Shown here in pieces: positions 50,201 through 62,700 of a DNA stretch of 64,000 nucleotides; the first letter of the stretch is position 1; each line of letters opens with the position of its first letter. Source of the stretch: Macrostomum hystrix. Its lineage: Eukaryota > Animalia > Platyhelminthes. The notes beneath the pieces were generated by a model, which saw nothing but the letters and a program-made list of their open reading frames with translations, was not told the origin of the DNA and made no database searches. Both the position numbers and the translations under genes were made by a program. Location of the stretch: assembly GCA_950097015.1 (NCBI GenBank), contig CATNEN010000038.1, forward strand, positions 20,522,001 to 20,586,000. The letters are read 5' to 3'.

Positions 50201-50537
50201 TTTTATAAAAAAATGTGTACTTACCTGGCAATGACACACCTGCAGCAGCAGCAGCAGCAGCAGCTGGTATCTCGCGAAGATCAAAGCTGCCCTCAGGCAG
50301 AGGCAGACGGTGCTGATGCAGCGGTGGCAGCGGGACAGTCGCCTGAACCTCATGCGCGCCAGTCAAAGCCAGCAGCTGCTTGGAGCGCAGGAAGGCGGTT
50401 GCTAGGCGGACAACGCTGGCCTTGTCCAGCTGAGCCGCCACGCCGCTGGGCAAAGGCAGCAGCCTGGCCAGCTGGCCAAACTCCGCGTTCTCCTTCTCCC
50501 TCCGCAGCCTGGCGGCGTTCTTGGACTTTTCCTTCAT
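37890..50537 (-). CDS. sim: Single-minded-like bHLH-PAS transcription factor, ~639 aa; exons 50537-50225, 49679-49420, 48871-48688, 44237-43817, 40910-40804, 39559-39409, 38373-37890
   Basis: b[23 protein letters not shown]...[26 protein letters not shown]...[16 protein letters not shown]|[16 protein letters not shown] and [45 protein letters not shown]|[45 protein letters not shown]. Phases consistent (1920 nt). The last acceptor (38374) is the least certain. Confidence 0.9.
38455..39290. repeat. 30-bp minisatellite (CAGAACTCAAATACCCACCAGAACCATCTG)n in sim intron 6
   Basis: Direct periodicity. Confidence 0.95.
39700..40700. repeat. 36-bp minisatellite (ATAATACTGCTCA[C/T]TGATCAGTAATTAGAGCAGGTC)n in sim intron 5
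   Basis: ATAATAC recurs at 39841 and 39877. Confidence 0.95.
41030..41785. repeat. 17-bp minisatellite (ACCACTCTCCCTCTCTC)n in sim intron 4; resumes at 42210-42620
   Basis: ACCACTC recurs at 41041 and 41058. The same array lies on both sides of the ribozyme element. Confidence 0.93.
42032..42142 (+). mobile_element. tRNA-like Pol III SINE/retrozyme unit carrying the hammerhead in place of the anticodon loop
   Basis: A box TAGCCTAATGG (42039-49), anticodon-like stem CTAGGC/GCCTTG enclosing the ribozyme, B box GGTTCGAATCC (42116-26) and T7 terminator (42136-42). Flanked by an ~80-bp direct repeat with a 337-bp period. Confidence 0.75.
42066..42110 (+). ncRNA. Type I hammerhead ribozyme
   Basis: Stem I GACTCTA(42066-72)/TGGAGTT(42104-10); core CTGATGA(42073-79); stem II GCTC-CAATAA-GAGC(42080-93); GAAA(42094-97); minimal palindromic helix III ACGCGT; GUC cleavage triplet ending at 42103. 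All conserved core nucleotides are present. Confidence 0.88.
43145..43803. repeat. 42-bp minisatellite with 84-bp higher-order alternation (CCTAAATC / CCTGCATC) in sim intron 4
   Basis: Strict A/B alternation of unit variants. Confidence 0.95.
44810..45880. repeat. 32-bp minisatellite (TATTTTGGGGCTCTTCCACCG[A/G]C[T/C]TCAGTGT[C/G])n in sim intron 3
   Basis: Direct periodicity. Confidence 0.95.
46430..48365. repeat. 13-bp minisatellite (GAAGGGAGTGACA)n in sim intron 3
   Basis: GAGTGAC recurs at 46441 and 46454; about 150 copies. Confidence 0.96.
48901..49273 (-). mobile_element. tRNA-derived SINE family 1, copy C (full length) in sim intron 2
   Basis: Reverse complement of copy B. Imperfect TSD CATGTAAATAATATT (48886-900) / CATGTAATACTATT (49274-87). 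Confidence 0.9.
49725..50058 (+). mobile_element. tRNA-derived SINE family 1, copy D (internal deletion) in sim intron 1
   Basis: Same head, body and (ATT)n tail. Perfect 11-bp TSD GTATTGTCTAT at 49714-24 and 50059-69. Confidence 0.92.
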
Positions 50538-51039
50538 GGACTTGGAGGGCGCCCGCCTGCGAGCTGTTGTTGAAATAGACTAGCGATGCTTCAATCAATC
50601 GATAATCGATAAAATATACAATCGATATTCAATCGACCATATTTAATAATACCAGCAATTAAACAAACTGACAATTTCGATCGAGAAAACAAACAGTTTA
50701 ACAAAGTGACGCAATTAAAATAGAAAAAAACTTAAAAAATACATTTAGGCACTAGATACTCACTTCAATTATGCAGTCGAGGCAGTAGTATTTTCGATAA
50801 CTATGTGAATCGTTTGGTCATATTCACAAAACGGCATCAAATATAACGGTGGATACAATCATATCTAATTTAGCACATGGGGTGTCAAGTTAAGCGTCAG
50901 TTTCCTAGCCAATAGAATTCTAGCAATTCTCTTATCAGTGTGAAAGACTCGAGAACAATACGACAGTTGCGCGTCCAATAAGAAAATTCATAGAGATCTG
51001 AGTACAATCTTAATAGCAACTATGTTTTTACTGTATTTC

Positions 51040-51370
51040 AGTTCTCAGATTGCAACTCTACTCTATTTTAATTCTCATATTGCAACTCTATTTTAATTCT
51101 CATATTGCAACTCTATTTTAATTCTCATATTGCAACTCTATTTTAATTCTCATATTGCAACTCTATTTTAATTCTCATATTGCAACTCTATTTTAATTCT
51201 CAGATTGCAACTCTATTTTGATTCTCAGATTGCAACTCTATTTTAATTCTCAGATTGCAACTCTATTTTAATTCTCAGATTGCAACTCTATTTTAATTCT
51301 CAGATTGCAACTCTATTTTAATTCTCAGATTGCAACTCTATTTTAATTCTCAGATTGCAACTCTATTTTT
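51040..51370. repeat. 25-bp minisatellite (CTCTATTTTAATTCTCA[T/G]ATTGCAA)n upstream of sim
   Basis: CTCTATT recurs at 51061 and 51086. Confidence 0.92.
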
Positions 51371-52809
51371 ACTCACAGACTTCCAACCGACTTGAGTGAA
51401 AATACATAACATTTGTGTGGAAATTGGATTGTAATACAATAGCCAAAAGTTATTAGCTCATAAATTAATTAAAAATCGTTATTTATTTTAATATATAAAT
51501 TACAATAACATAAACTAATTTGCAGCACAATTTTACACAATCGCATCATACTACTTCGCACAATATTCAGTAGAAACACACGGTTATACAACTTTTAAAT
51601 AGTTAAAAAAATCAAACTTACTGAAAACGTTCTTTTAGGTGCTGAGCAGAGATATTCGTTAGACATGTAGTTTATTTTCTGATAATAATTTTGTTGCACT
51701 TACAATATAACTAAAGTGACACGATATGCTGTACTAACATAATCATTTTAGGAGATCTGTCAATAAAGTAAAATCAATACTTTATAAAAAAAATAATTCA
51801 GGAGGAATTCAAAATAGATAGGTGGCTAATAGGTGGCTAAAATAGATAAGAAGTTAATTGAAATAGGAGGAACCGTATGCAGATAGAACAGATAATTTAT
51901 AATCGTTTTAAAAAATTGCCTTAACAGTAGAACTACCAAGGGGCGGGAATTCCGCCACCCCAGACAATTTTTTGCTGCACCCGAACGGAACAATGCAAGC
52001 ACCCGAAACTCAAGAACACAGGCATCTTCTGCGCATCTTCTGAAACAGGAAAAAGTCGCCAGCTCTTCAGACCGTCGAGATATTCAATGTTTCTGGTCGA
52101 AGGTCCGATTTTTCCCATAAGAGCTAGTGTATTTCATGCACCCCTATACACGAATGTGCACTGCGCCTCAGTGCGGCCTTTCCAGACCTTCAAACTTTAT
52201 CAGCATGTCACCCGAATGTGCCTGCATCATCTCCGACTTCGGCGGTCACCGACCTTTATCTAGATCTATCTCTCTTATCTATCTAGACCTTCAAGAGCTA
52301 CAACAGGTGGAACTAGGCCACTATGGACACCCTGACGCGAATTTCTCCAATTTCACTGCTCAAGCCTAACTATTAGGCGCAGCTCAACCACAGGACACCC
52401 TCGACTAGTCTGTCAACCAATCAGTCACCCCCAAAGCATTCAGGCGCTGGCAAAAACATTTTCAGGGGGGGGGAAATTGTTGACTACTATCGTATTGATA
52501 ATACAATTAACTAATTTATTGAACTAATATGTACTCTCCATAGAGATTTATACAGAACACTAGGTCCTAGTCACCCGGGTCTCCCACAAGAATCGCTGAT
52601 TATCTCGACTATTCTGAAGTCTTTGAAAGTTTGAAATTTTTATCCGCATGGTGGACTTTATCGAAAATCGGTCATTCGATTTGGGAGCCGTCGTGAAGTA
52701 GGCAGCGGGTATTTGAAACACCCCCAGGGGAAAACATCGTGGTCGTTCTACTGTTTAATCGATAACGCGTGAGAAGAAACGCTGTGGTTTATTAATGTTA
52801 ATCCATTAT

Positions 52810-54003
52810 TTAAACGCTTTGAATTTTTCCTTTAGTGCCGTTGCTTGACTTCAGCTGCTGCTGCTGCTGTGCCAGATGGAACTGGTGGTGCTGATGGTGC
52901 ATATCCTTGGCTCTCGAGGCCGCATAGCCAAGGGTTCCAATCAGAATGAACATAACCGACAGCCACCAGAGAGGCGTGGTAGCCTGACGGAAATAGAACA
53001 CAGCTAGCAGGGTCTGAGCTGTGGTGTGAGCACTGTTGCTAATCACCAGAGTCAGCGGCGAAGTCACGTGGATGACACGGTAGGTGAGCACACCGAAGGC
53101 GGCGGTGCCGATGTTGGACAGGGCCAGAGTGGCCAAGAAGGCCGGGCTCAGCAGCTCTGTCCAGTGCTGGCGCAGCAGCCACAGCTGGTCCGTGAACATC
53201 AGCAGCGGTAGGAACAGCACGGCACAGGCGGCGTTGAGCAAGCAGGTGAGCAGCATCGGCGAATTAGCAAAGCTCGGCAGAACCTTCTTGGTCAGGGTGG
53301 TCTCCATCGAGGCGAACAGGCTTGACACAGTGCCGAAGACGAAGCCTTTGAAGGTGACGCTGTCAAGCGACTGGTTGACGCCAATGCTGAAGCCGACGAT
53401 GACCACAGCGCAGCAGACTAGACTCGGGCGCCTCACCGGCGTACTGAGCAGCCAGTAGGTGAAGGCCAGGGTGAAGACCACAGTCAGGGAGCGAGAGATC
53501 TGCAGGCAGGCGACGCCCACCTGACGAAGCGACATCCGGTTGAAGGTCAGCATGCCGATGAAGCTGAGGCAGAGCGGCATGAAGGCCCTGTTTCTGAGCA
53601 GCAGGTCGCGGACTGGCAACTGGCGCAGCTGGTCGCGCTGCTGCCACCAGACCAGGGGTGCCAGCAGGACAGCAGCGCTGACGGTTTGCACCGCCGACAG
53701 CAGAATGGCCAGGTTTGGCAGCCGATGATCCACCAGGAAGCTGTTAGAGAAAGTGATGGTGGATGACAGGATCCAGTGGGCAGCCAGCACTAGCAGCACA
53801 TTCAGGTCAGAGCGCCATCCGCCGCCGCCGTTGTTATCGCCGTCGGCGCCGGAGCCGGAGTCGCTGTCGACATCAGCGCACGAGAGATTCGAACTCACTG
53901 TAGGCGCCAATGATGACGAATCCTTTAAAGGCATTGCCAAAGTCGGCTGTTGTTGCTGCTGAATCGCGGGTTGGTAGGAGTTCAAGGTGGCTGCCGAAGT
54001 CAT
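52810..54003 (-). CDS. Nucleotide-sugar transporter, GDP-fucose transporter (SLC35C1)-like, intronless, 397 aa
   Basis: About 10 hydrophobic segments. Motifs FMPLCLSFIGMLTFN, VGVACLQISRSLTVVFT, GFVFGTVSSLFASM..LTKKVLP and IHVTSPLT..IS..A..TAQT match the SLC35C1 family pattern. Some motif residues are divergent. Confidence 0.85.
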   Translation of the reverse strand: MTSAATLNSYQPAIQQQQQPTLAMPLKDSSSLAPTVSSNLSCADVDSDSGSGADGDNNGGGGWRSDLNVLLVLAAHWILSSTITFSNSFLVDHRLPNLAILLSAVQTVSAAVLLAPLVWWQQRDQLRQLPVRDLLLRNRAFMPLCLSFIGMLTFNRMSLRQVGVACLQISRSLTVVFTLAFTYWLLSTPVRRPSLVCCAVVIVGFSIGVNQSLDSVTFKGFVFGTVSSLFASMETTLTKKVLPSFANSPMLLTCLLNAACAVLFLPLLMFTDQLWLLRQHWTELLSPAFLATLALSNIGTAAFGVLTYRVIHVTSPLTLVISNSAHTTAQTLLAVFYFRQATTPLWWLSVMFILIGTLGYAASRAKDMHHQHHQFHLAQQQQQLKSSNGTKGKIQSV

Positions 54004-54756
54004 GACAGCCTAAGAAGGCTTCTGGGTTCTTCCTATCTGGTTTTTGGTCGATACGCGCGATACAGCTATATTTGCTCTCCCGCGCCTTCACTCAAATCGG
54101 GATCAAAGTTTTACTATAAATTCAAGAACTAGCGACAGTCAGTTTGGCGTAGAGAAACTTTTTAAATAATGTTCTGAGTCTTGAGTTGCGAGTTGAGCAG
54201 ACTGCAACAAAAGAACTGTTGCGCTCAAATCCTGTTCAGTTGAGCGCATTCGCATAAAATGTAGGACTCAGTCGGGGGTCTCACAGCTACAGTCCAGCTG
54301 TTCTCATAGTCCAATGCAACCTACTCATTGTACCGATTTCTCTTACACAGCATTGGGACACGAATTGCTCACAACTACCAAGTTAAGGATCGATTGCTCG
54401 GCGTACAATTTTATGATTGGTACGATTTGATTGGTCGAGAGCCAGTTATAGGGTGAGGCGACTTGGCCTAGCACTCACTACCTGGCATTTGTGTTGTGCA
54501 AAGCTAGTTGTTATTTGTCCAGGAATTATAGAACTCCACACAAAGCATATTACTGCTGTATTGTCCGTGAACTCAGGAGTACAACAGAGTTTTTGTACGC
54601 CGCGTTGGAAGTTGCAAAAGTTTTTTTTACAGAACATTGCTTGCGGCGCATATATAAAGAAGTGTAGCTCGAAGATAAACAAAAGACACGACAGACAGAA
54701 ATTTCAGTTGCAGCTTCTGAAGGCTGCGTACGGCTGTTCAGTCCATCGCCACACCC

Positions 54757-54951
54757 ACAATTGGGGTCGGGAATCGAACCCCCGACCTTCAAGTCATGAG
54801 TCCATCGTTGTAACAACTAGGCTACAACCCCCCGGCAGTGAATCAAACCCGATATAGCACCGGTTTCTTGCCTAAAGGATACAAATTGTTCCAGTGAAGT
54901 CGGGAATCGAACCTCCGACCTTTAAGTCCGACGCTTTAACCTCTAGGCAAC
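54757..54951 (-). mobile_element. Two tandem tRNA-derived SINE family 2 heads (54757-54833 and 54862-54951)
   Basis: Each has an A box (TAGCCTAGTTG / TTGCCTAGAGG) and AAGGTCGG.GGTTCGATTCCCGAC. The second continues AACAATTTGTATCCTTTAGGCAAGAAAC. Confidence 0.7.
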
Positions 54952-56735
54952 TTGCGGAGAATCGAAATCGAATTAATAAAGTTACACTTAAAGATATGCA
55001 GCAAATAACTTAAATAAAAATTCAACAAAAAAGACAATACTTTGTGTAATTAGTGGGATTAGACAAAGCGAGGAAGCGTTGGCAAAGCAGCTATTTGGTT
55101 TAAATTTGTTTTTATTAAAAATGACATACACAGCGTTGATGAATTTTTTAGACAAAAAATTCCCAGCGGAGTGAAGAGTTTGTTTAAATGGGGCAGAAGC
55201 ATGCCGTTAAAATTGTTTTAAAGTACTGTAAGCCGCCGTTTTAAGGATGTTTTAGGCAATGTATTCAATGCCTTGCCAGTGACGCAAAAATGAAAAAAAT
55301 AAACACCTAACGAGAACAATAGATTTATTTAAGTATCAATATATATAAGTTGTCGTAAAATAAACATTGGTACACTTAATGAGTTTACAGGTGCCAAAAC
55401 AAAACCGAGAAAGGGTTCGTCAACGTCAGTAGTGAGTACAGCGTATTTAATTATATAACAATAAGAAAAGGGTAAGAAAATATTAGTAAAAGGAAAAAAT
55501 ACACAAGAACGCAGAAAAAAAAACTAAAAAAATTGCTTGTTTGTTGCACGACTAGGCCCACTAGGGAAATAAATACATTATTGTGGTTTGCAAGACTTGA
55601 CAAAATTATAGCAAAACCACCTAGAAACAATTAGGCAATAGTTAATTACTGCTGTGAACAAACAAGCTGCCGACAAACGAAATCTTATTTAGCGCCTGAC
55701 AGTGAAAAACCCATTATAAAATGCTTAAAGTGTGCTTACTTTTTTATTTAACAAAAGTGAAGTGAGATGGGTTCCAGATGAGGGACAGAGAAATTAATAA
55801 TATACATATTAATGGAAGATTAGATAGCGGACATCATGAGTGAGTGGGGAGGTGGGTGCCCAGGGGTAGAGAAAACTGCGATGTACACTGGCAGTTTAGA
55901 CCCATTGGAACAGGAGTGGGGAGGTGGGTGCCATGGGGTAGAGAAAACTACCACGACGTACGTTGACTAATGCGCATTACTAACCGTGAACGAGTGGGGT
56001 GGTTGTCCATTAGGAGACAAAAATTATGCTGGAAAGCATATAAAGACATCCTTAATTTTGGATGGACCAACCACTGTGAGTAATTAAATAACTTATGGAA
56101 GAACTCCTACAATTAATCAAATATAAAACACACATTCAGGCTAGTCATTAAACAAGTCAAGCTAAATCGAGAATGCAATTTAAAAAAGCTAGTTCATCGG
56201 GACGAAAAAAAGAATTACAAAATTGACCGAAATAGGAAAAATGTTATAAAAAGTTCTTAAAAAATATAAATAAAGAATAGTTAATTAACAGCTTAGCACG
56301 AAAGCTAATGCACGCATGCGTTAACACGACCACACAATAAATAAATATAATATATAGACTGCTAATTAAATGTTTTCAGCTCTATTCATATAAAAAATTA
56401 ATACCAAAATGAAGGTGCAAAGCCTTCAGAAAAAGATGGCCGCCGAGATTTTTATTGAATAATAACAGCTAATAAGACGATTTGCGCCGCCGTTCATGAT
56501 TATACTAATTATACTCCAAACATACTGACTTAAGTAGTATTATAACATTCTTAAAATGTAAGACTGCACTTTTAGAGTATAAAAACCGCCTAAAAAACAG
56601 ACAAATAACGAGCCGTCACCGACTAGCTGATCTTGACTAAAAACAAATCTCACTTAAACCAACCATCAGTGATTTAGTTTGTTTTATCGTTCAATTCTTA
56701 GAAACAAATTCACTCAAACAAATCGCTAGATATTT

Positions 56736-59700
56736 TTAAACCAGAGGCTTCTTCTCAGCAGCAGCTGGTGTCTCCTCGGCGACAGCCGGCGCGGCTCCAG
56801 AACTCGACGGCCCGGCGGTAGAGGCGGCTGCCGGAGCGGCCGTAGCGGAGCCGGCGCTGGTAGGCAGTTTCAGCGTACCCTTAAGCAGCATCTCAACGGG
56901 CAGGACGGCCAGGGCCAGCAGGGCGCCAAACAGCACCAGGCCGTACAGGCAGACAAAATCGCCCGGCAGGAGGGCCATCGATTTGGCTTCGAAGCTCAGC
57001 TGTTGACTACAGTCCTGATTGCGCGTCCACCAGGTGTCCTTGGTGCTGGTCATCTCACCGGATACCTTCAGCTTCAGGATGGCCTCGTTCAGGACGCAAC
57101 GCAGAGAGTCGTCTGGAGGTGCGAGACGGGTGACCAGTACAGCTGGGCGGGTTGCCATGGGAGAGGCGAAACAAATCCCACTAGAGGATGGGGAATGGGA
57201 TCAGGAAAGAGGCTACCCCACTAGAGGATGTGGGAATGGGAGCAGGGGAAGGACACCCCACTAGAGGATGTGGGAATGGGAGCAGGGGAAAAGGCTAACC
57301 TACTAGAGGATGGGTAATGGGAGCAGGGGAAGGACACCCCACTAGAGGATGTGGGAATGGGAGCAGGGGAAAGGCTAACCTACTAGAGGATGGGGAATGG
57401 GAGCAGGGGAAGGACACTCCACTAGAGAATGTGGGAATGGGAGCAGGGGAAGAGGCTACCCCACTAGAGGATGTGGGAATGGGAGCAGGGGAAAAGGCTA
57501 ACCCACTAGAGGATGGGGAATGGGAGCAGGGGAAGAGGCTACCCCACTAGAGGATGGGGAATGGGAGCAGGGGAAAAGGCTAACCCACTAGAGGATGGGG
57601 AATGGGAGCAGGGGAAGAGGCTACCCCACTAGAGGATGGGGAATGGGAGCAGGGGAAGAGGCTAACCCACTAGAGGATGGGGAATGGGAGCAGGGGAAAA
57701 GGCTAACCTACTAGAGGATGGGGAATGGGAGCAGGGGAAGAGGCTACCCCACTAGAGGATGTGGGAATGGGAGCAGGGGAAAAGGCTAACCCACTAGAGG
57801 ATGGGGAATGGGAGCAGGGGAAGAGGCTACCCCACTAGAGGATGGGGAATGGGAGCAGGGGAAGAGGCTAACCCACTAGAGGATGGGGAATGGGAGCAGG
57901 GGAAAAGGCTAACCTACTAGAGGATGGGGAATGGGAGCAGGGGAAGAGGCTACCCCACTAGAGGATGGGGAATGGGAGCAGGGGAAGAGGCTACCCCACT
58001 AGAGGATGTGGGAATGGGAGCAGGGGAAGAGGCTAACCCACTAGAGGATGGGGAATGGGAGCAGAGGAAGAGGCTACCCCACTAGAGGATGTGGGAATGG
58101 GAGCAGGGGAAAAGGCTAACCTACTAGAGGATAGGGAATGGGAGCAGGGGAAGAGGCTACCCCACTAGAGGATGTGGGAATGGGAGCAGGGGAAGAGGCT
58201 AACCCACTAGAGGATAGGGAATGGGAGCAGAGGAAGAGGCTACCCCACTAGAGGATGTGGGAATGGGAGCAGGGGAAAAGGCTAACCTACTAGAGGATAG
58301 GGAATGGGAGCAGGGGAAGAGGCTACCCCACTAGAGGATGGGGAATGGGAGCAGGGGAAGAGGCTAACCCACTAGAGGATAGGGAATGGGAGCAGAGGAA
58401 GAGGCTACCCCACTAGAGGATGTGGGAATGGGAGCAGGGGAAAAGGCTAACCTACTAGAGGATAGGGAATGGGAGCAGGGGAAGAGGCTACCCCACTAGA
58501 GGATGTGGGAATGGGAGCAGGGGAAAAGGCTAACCCACTAGAGGATGGGGAATGGGAGCAGGGGAAGAGGCTACCCCACTAGAGGATGGGGAATGGGAGC
58601 AGGGGAAGAGGCTACCCCACTAGAGGATGGGGAATGGGAGCAGGGGAAGAGGCTAACCTACTAGAGGATGGGGAATGGGAGCAGGGGAAGAGGCTACCCC
58701 ACTAGAGGATGGGGAATGGGAGCAGGGGAAAAGGCTAACCTACTAGAGGATGGGGAATGGGAGCAGGGGAAGAGGCTAACCCACTAGAGGATGGGGAATG
58801 GGAGCAGGGGAAAAGGCTAACCTACTAGAGGATGGGGAATGGGAGCAGGGGAAGAGGCTAACCCACTAGAGGATGGGGAATGGGAGCAGAGGAAGAGGCT
58901 AACCCACTAGAGGATGGGGAATGGGAGCAGGGGAAAAGGCTAACCTACTAGAGGATGGGGAATGGGAGCAGGGGAAGAGGCTACCCCACTAGAGGATGGG
59001 GAATGGGAGCAGGGGAAGGACACCCCACTAGAGGATGTGGGAATGGGAGCAGGGGAAGAGGCTAACCCACTAGAGGATAGGGAATGGGAGCAGGGGAAGA
59101 GGCTACCCCACTAGAGGATGGGGAATGGGAGCAGGGGAAGAGGCTAACCCACTAGAGGATGGGGAATGGGAGCAGGGGAAAAGGCTAACCTACTAGAGGA
59201 TGGGGAATGGGAGCAGGGGAAGAGGCTACCCCACTAGAGGATAGGGAATGGGAGCAGGGGAAGAGGCTAACCCACTAGAGGATGGGGAATGGGAGCAGGG
59301 GAAGAGGCTAACCCACTAGAGGATGGGGAATGGGAGCAGGGGAAAAGGCTAACCTACTAGAGGATGGGGAATGGGAGCAGGGGAAGAGGCTACCCCACTA
59401 GAGGATGGGGAATGGGAGCAGGGGAAAAGGCTAACCCACTAGAGGATGGGGAATGGGAGCAGGGGAAGAGGCTAACCCACTAGAGGATGGGGAATGGGAG
59501 CAGGGGAAGAGGCTAACCCACTAGAGGATGGGGAATGGGAGCAGGGGAAAAGGCTAACCTACTAGAGGATGGGGAATGGGAGCAGGGGAAGAGGCTACCC
59601 CACTAGAGGATGGGGAATGGGAGCAGGGGAAGAGGCTACCCCACTAGAGGATGGGGAATGGGAGCAGGGGAAGAGGCTACCCCACTAGAGGATAGGGAAT

Positions 59701-62700
59701 GGGAGCAGGGGAAGAGGCTACCCCACTAGAGGATGGGGAATGGGAGCAGGGGAAGAGGCTACCCCACTAGAGGATGTGGGAATGGGAGCAGGGGAAGAGG
59801 CTACCCCACTAGAGGATGGGGAATGGGAGCAGGGGAAGAGGCTACCCCACTAGAGGATAGGGAATGGGAGCAGGGGAAGAGGCTACCCCACTAGAGGATG
59901 GGGAATGGGAGCAGGGGAAGAGGCTAACCCACTAGAGGATGGGGAATGGGAGCAGGGGAAAAGGCTAACCTACTAGAGGATGGGGAATGGGAGCAGGGGA
60001 AGAGGCTACCCCACTAGAGGATGGGGAATGGGAGCAGGGGAAAAGGCTAACCCACTAGAGGATGGGGAATGGGAGCAGGGGAAGAGGCTAACCCACTAGA
60101 GGATGGGGAATGGGAGCAGGGGAAGAGGCTAACCCACTAGAGGATGGGGAATGGGAGCAGGGGAAAAGGCTAACCTACTAGAGGATGGGGAATGGGAGCA
60201 GGGGAAGAGGCTACCCCACTAGAGGATGGGGAATGGGAGCAGGGGAAGGACACCCCACTAGAGGATGTGGGAATGGGAGCAGGGGAAGAGGCTACCCCAC
60301 TAGAGGATGGGGAATGGGAGCAGGGGAAGGACACCCCACTAGAGGATGTGGGAATGGGAGCAGGGGAAGAGGCTAACCCACTAGAGGATGGGGAATGGGA
60401 GCAGAGGAAGAGGCTACCCCACTAGAGGATGTGGGAATGGGAGCAGGGGAAGGACACCCCACTAGAGGATGTGGGAATGGGAGCAGGGGAAGAGGCTAAC
60501 CCACTAGAGGATGGGGAATGGGAGCAGGGGAAGAGGCTAACCCACTAGAGGATGTGGGAATGGGAGCAGGGGAAAAGGCTAACCCACTAGAGGATGGGGA
60601 ATGGGAGCAGGGGAAGAGGCTAACCCACTAGAGGATGTGGAATGGGAGCAGGGGAAGAGGCTAACCCACTAGAGGATGGGGAATGCGAGCAGAGGAAGAG
60701 GCTACCCCACTAGAGGATGTGGGAATGGGAGCAGGGGAAAAGGCTAACCTACTAGAGGATGGGGAATGGGAGCAGGGGAAGAGGCTACCCCACTAGAGGA
60801 TGTGGGAATGGGAGCAGGGGAAAAGGCTAACCTACTAGAGGATGGGGAATGGGAGCAGGGGAAGAGGCTACCCCACTAGAGTATGGGGAATGGGAGCAGG
60901 GGAAGAGGCTAACCCACTAGAGGATGGGGAATGGGAGCAGAGGAAGAGGCTAACACACAAGAGGATGGGGAATGGGGAACAATAAACTCACTCTTCCTGA
61001 CAGCCAGGGCAAAGTCAAGAGTAGTGATGCCAGTAGCGGCAGCATACAGGTCGCAGTTGACGCTAGTGTAGTACTCGGCGGTCAGGCTCTCGGCTAGGAA
61101 GGCGTAGTTGCCGCGCTTGGCCCGGTTGATGCCGTCAATGACCGAGTCGGCTAGGCTGTCGGGGTTATCCAGCAGGTACTTGTAGGCCTTCTGGAAGCTC
61201 GGCAGAGTGGAAGTCTGGAAGCGAAACAATTTGTGTGACTAAGTCCACGGACTGAATAGCCGTACACATATTTAAAAACTCAGACCTGGAGCATGTTGTA
61301 CGAAGCGGCGCCCTTGAGCACACCGTAGGGAATAGCGCTCTGCGAAACCAATTCGTCGAAGCTTTCAAATGGCGGCTGCATGCGTTTAACAGACATGCGA
61401 TCGTTCAGTACGGGCACCATGTTGGCAATGTAGCAGGACACCGTGACCAGGGTGAACAGCCACCAGACGCTGGCCAGGATGCGAATAGCGGGCGACTTGG
61501 GCGTCCTGGCGAAGCCTGCGGATCAGGTTTTGAAGTGACTTTCTTAGTCTAATAAAGCTTATCTGGAGATAAACAGTGATTGTCACTTGTCAAAACTGTC
61601 AAAAAATCGCTGCCAACCTTGCACAAAGAGTCCGCCAGTGACCAGCATCCAGCCAGAGCAGGCCGCCTTCTTTGACCGGCGCAGAATGGGATTCTGGGCC
61701 ACCTGCGATTGGCCCTGCTCGTAGGGCGACAGCAGCCACAGGGTGAAGGCCAGAGCCGTATAGATCACGTAGAACAGAATCACCAGAATCCACGTCTGTT
61801 ATAGTTATAGTGGTCACAGTTGAAGGAACAGGCGACCGTTCAGTTGCTTGTTATCCCACATTTTATCTTAGCTGTCAGTTGAGTTTCTTATCCCAACTCA
61901 ACTGCCAGTTGTTATCCCACATCTAATCTTAGCTGTCAGTTGAGTTTCTTATCCCAACTCAACTGTCAGTTGTCACTTCTTATCCCAACTCAACTGTCAG
62001 TTGTCACTTCTTATCCCAACTCAACTCTCAGCTATCACTTCTTATCCCAACTCAACTGTCAGCTGTCACTTCTTATCCCAACTCAACTGTCAGCTGTCAC
62101 TTCTTATCCCAACTCAACTGTCAGTTGTCACTTCTTATCCCAACTCAACTATCAGTTGTCACTTCTTATCCCAACTCAACTCTCAGCTGTCACTTCTTAT
62201 CACAACTCAACTGTCAGTTGTCACTTCTTATCCCAACTCAGCTCTCAGCTGTCACTTCTTAACACAACTCAACTGTCAGCTGTCACTTCTTATCACAACT
62301 CAACTGTCAGTTGTCAATTCTTATCCCAACTCAACTGTCAGTTGTCACTTCTTAGCCCAACTCAACTGTCAGTTGTCACTTCTTCTGTTGTTATCGCTCA
62401 TCTAATCTCCTTATCTGTCAGTTGTTATCCTTCATCCCATCTCCTCAACTGTCAGTTAATTATCCAATTTCATCAGGCGAACTGTATCACAGGTAAGCAA
62501 GTTATGATAGATAAAAACAGGATCGGCATAAAACTTACAGATGGTGCAAAGGGCATCAGAAACAGTGAAGCGTAGGACCCGGCATTAAGCATGACATTCT
62601 TGATAACGATTGACATTCCAGACGTTGAGACGGACACGGTGAAGTCGACGTACCTTTCGCGGTTGGCCGTGATCCTCAGCGGAGCCAGGGCTATGTCGGC

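Noticed and set aside
51933-52480. GC-richer intergenic segment that might be a LINE 3' remnant or another MITE
   Set aside because: No recognisable RT motif, TIR pair or TSD could be established by eye; it needs a repeat-library search.
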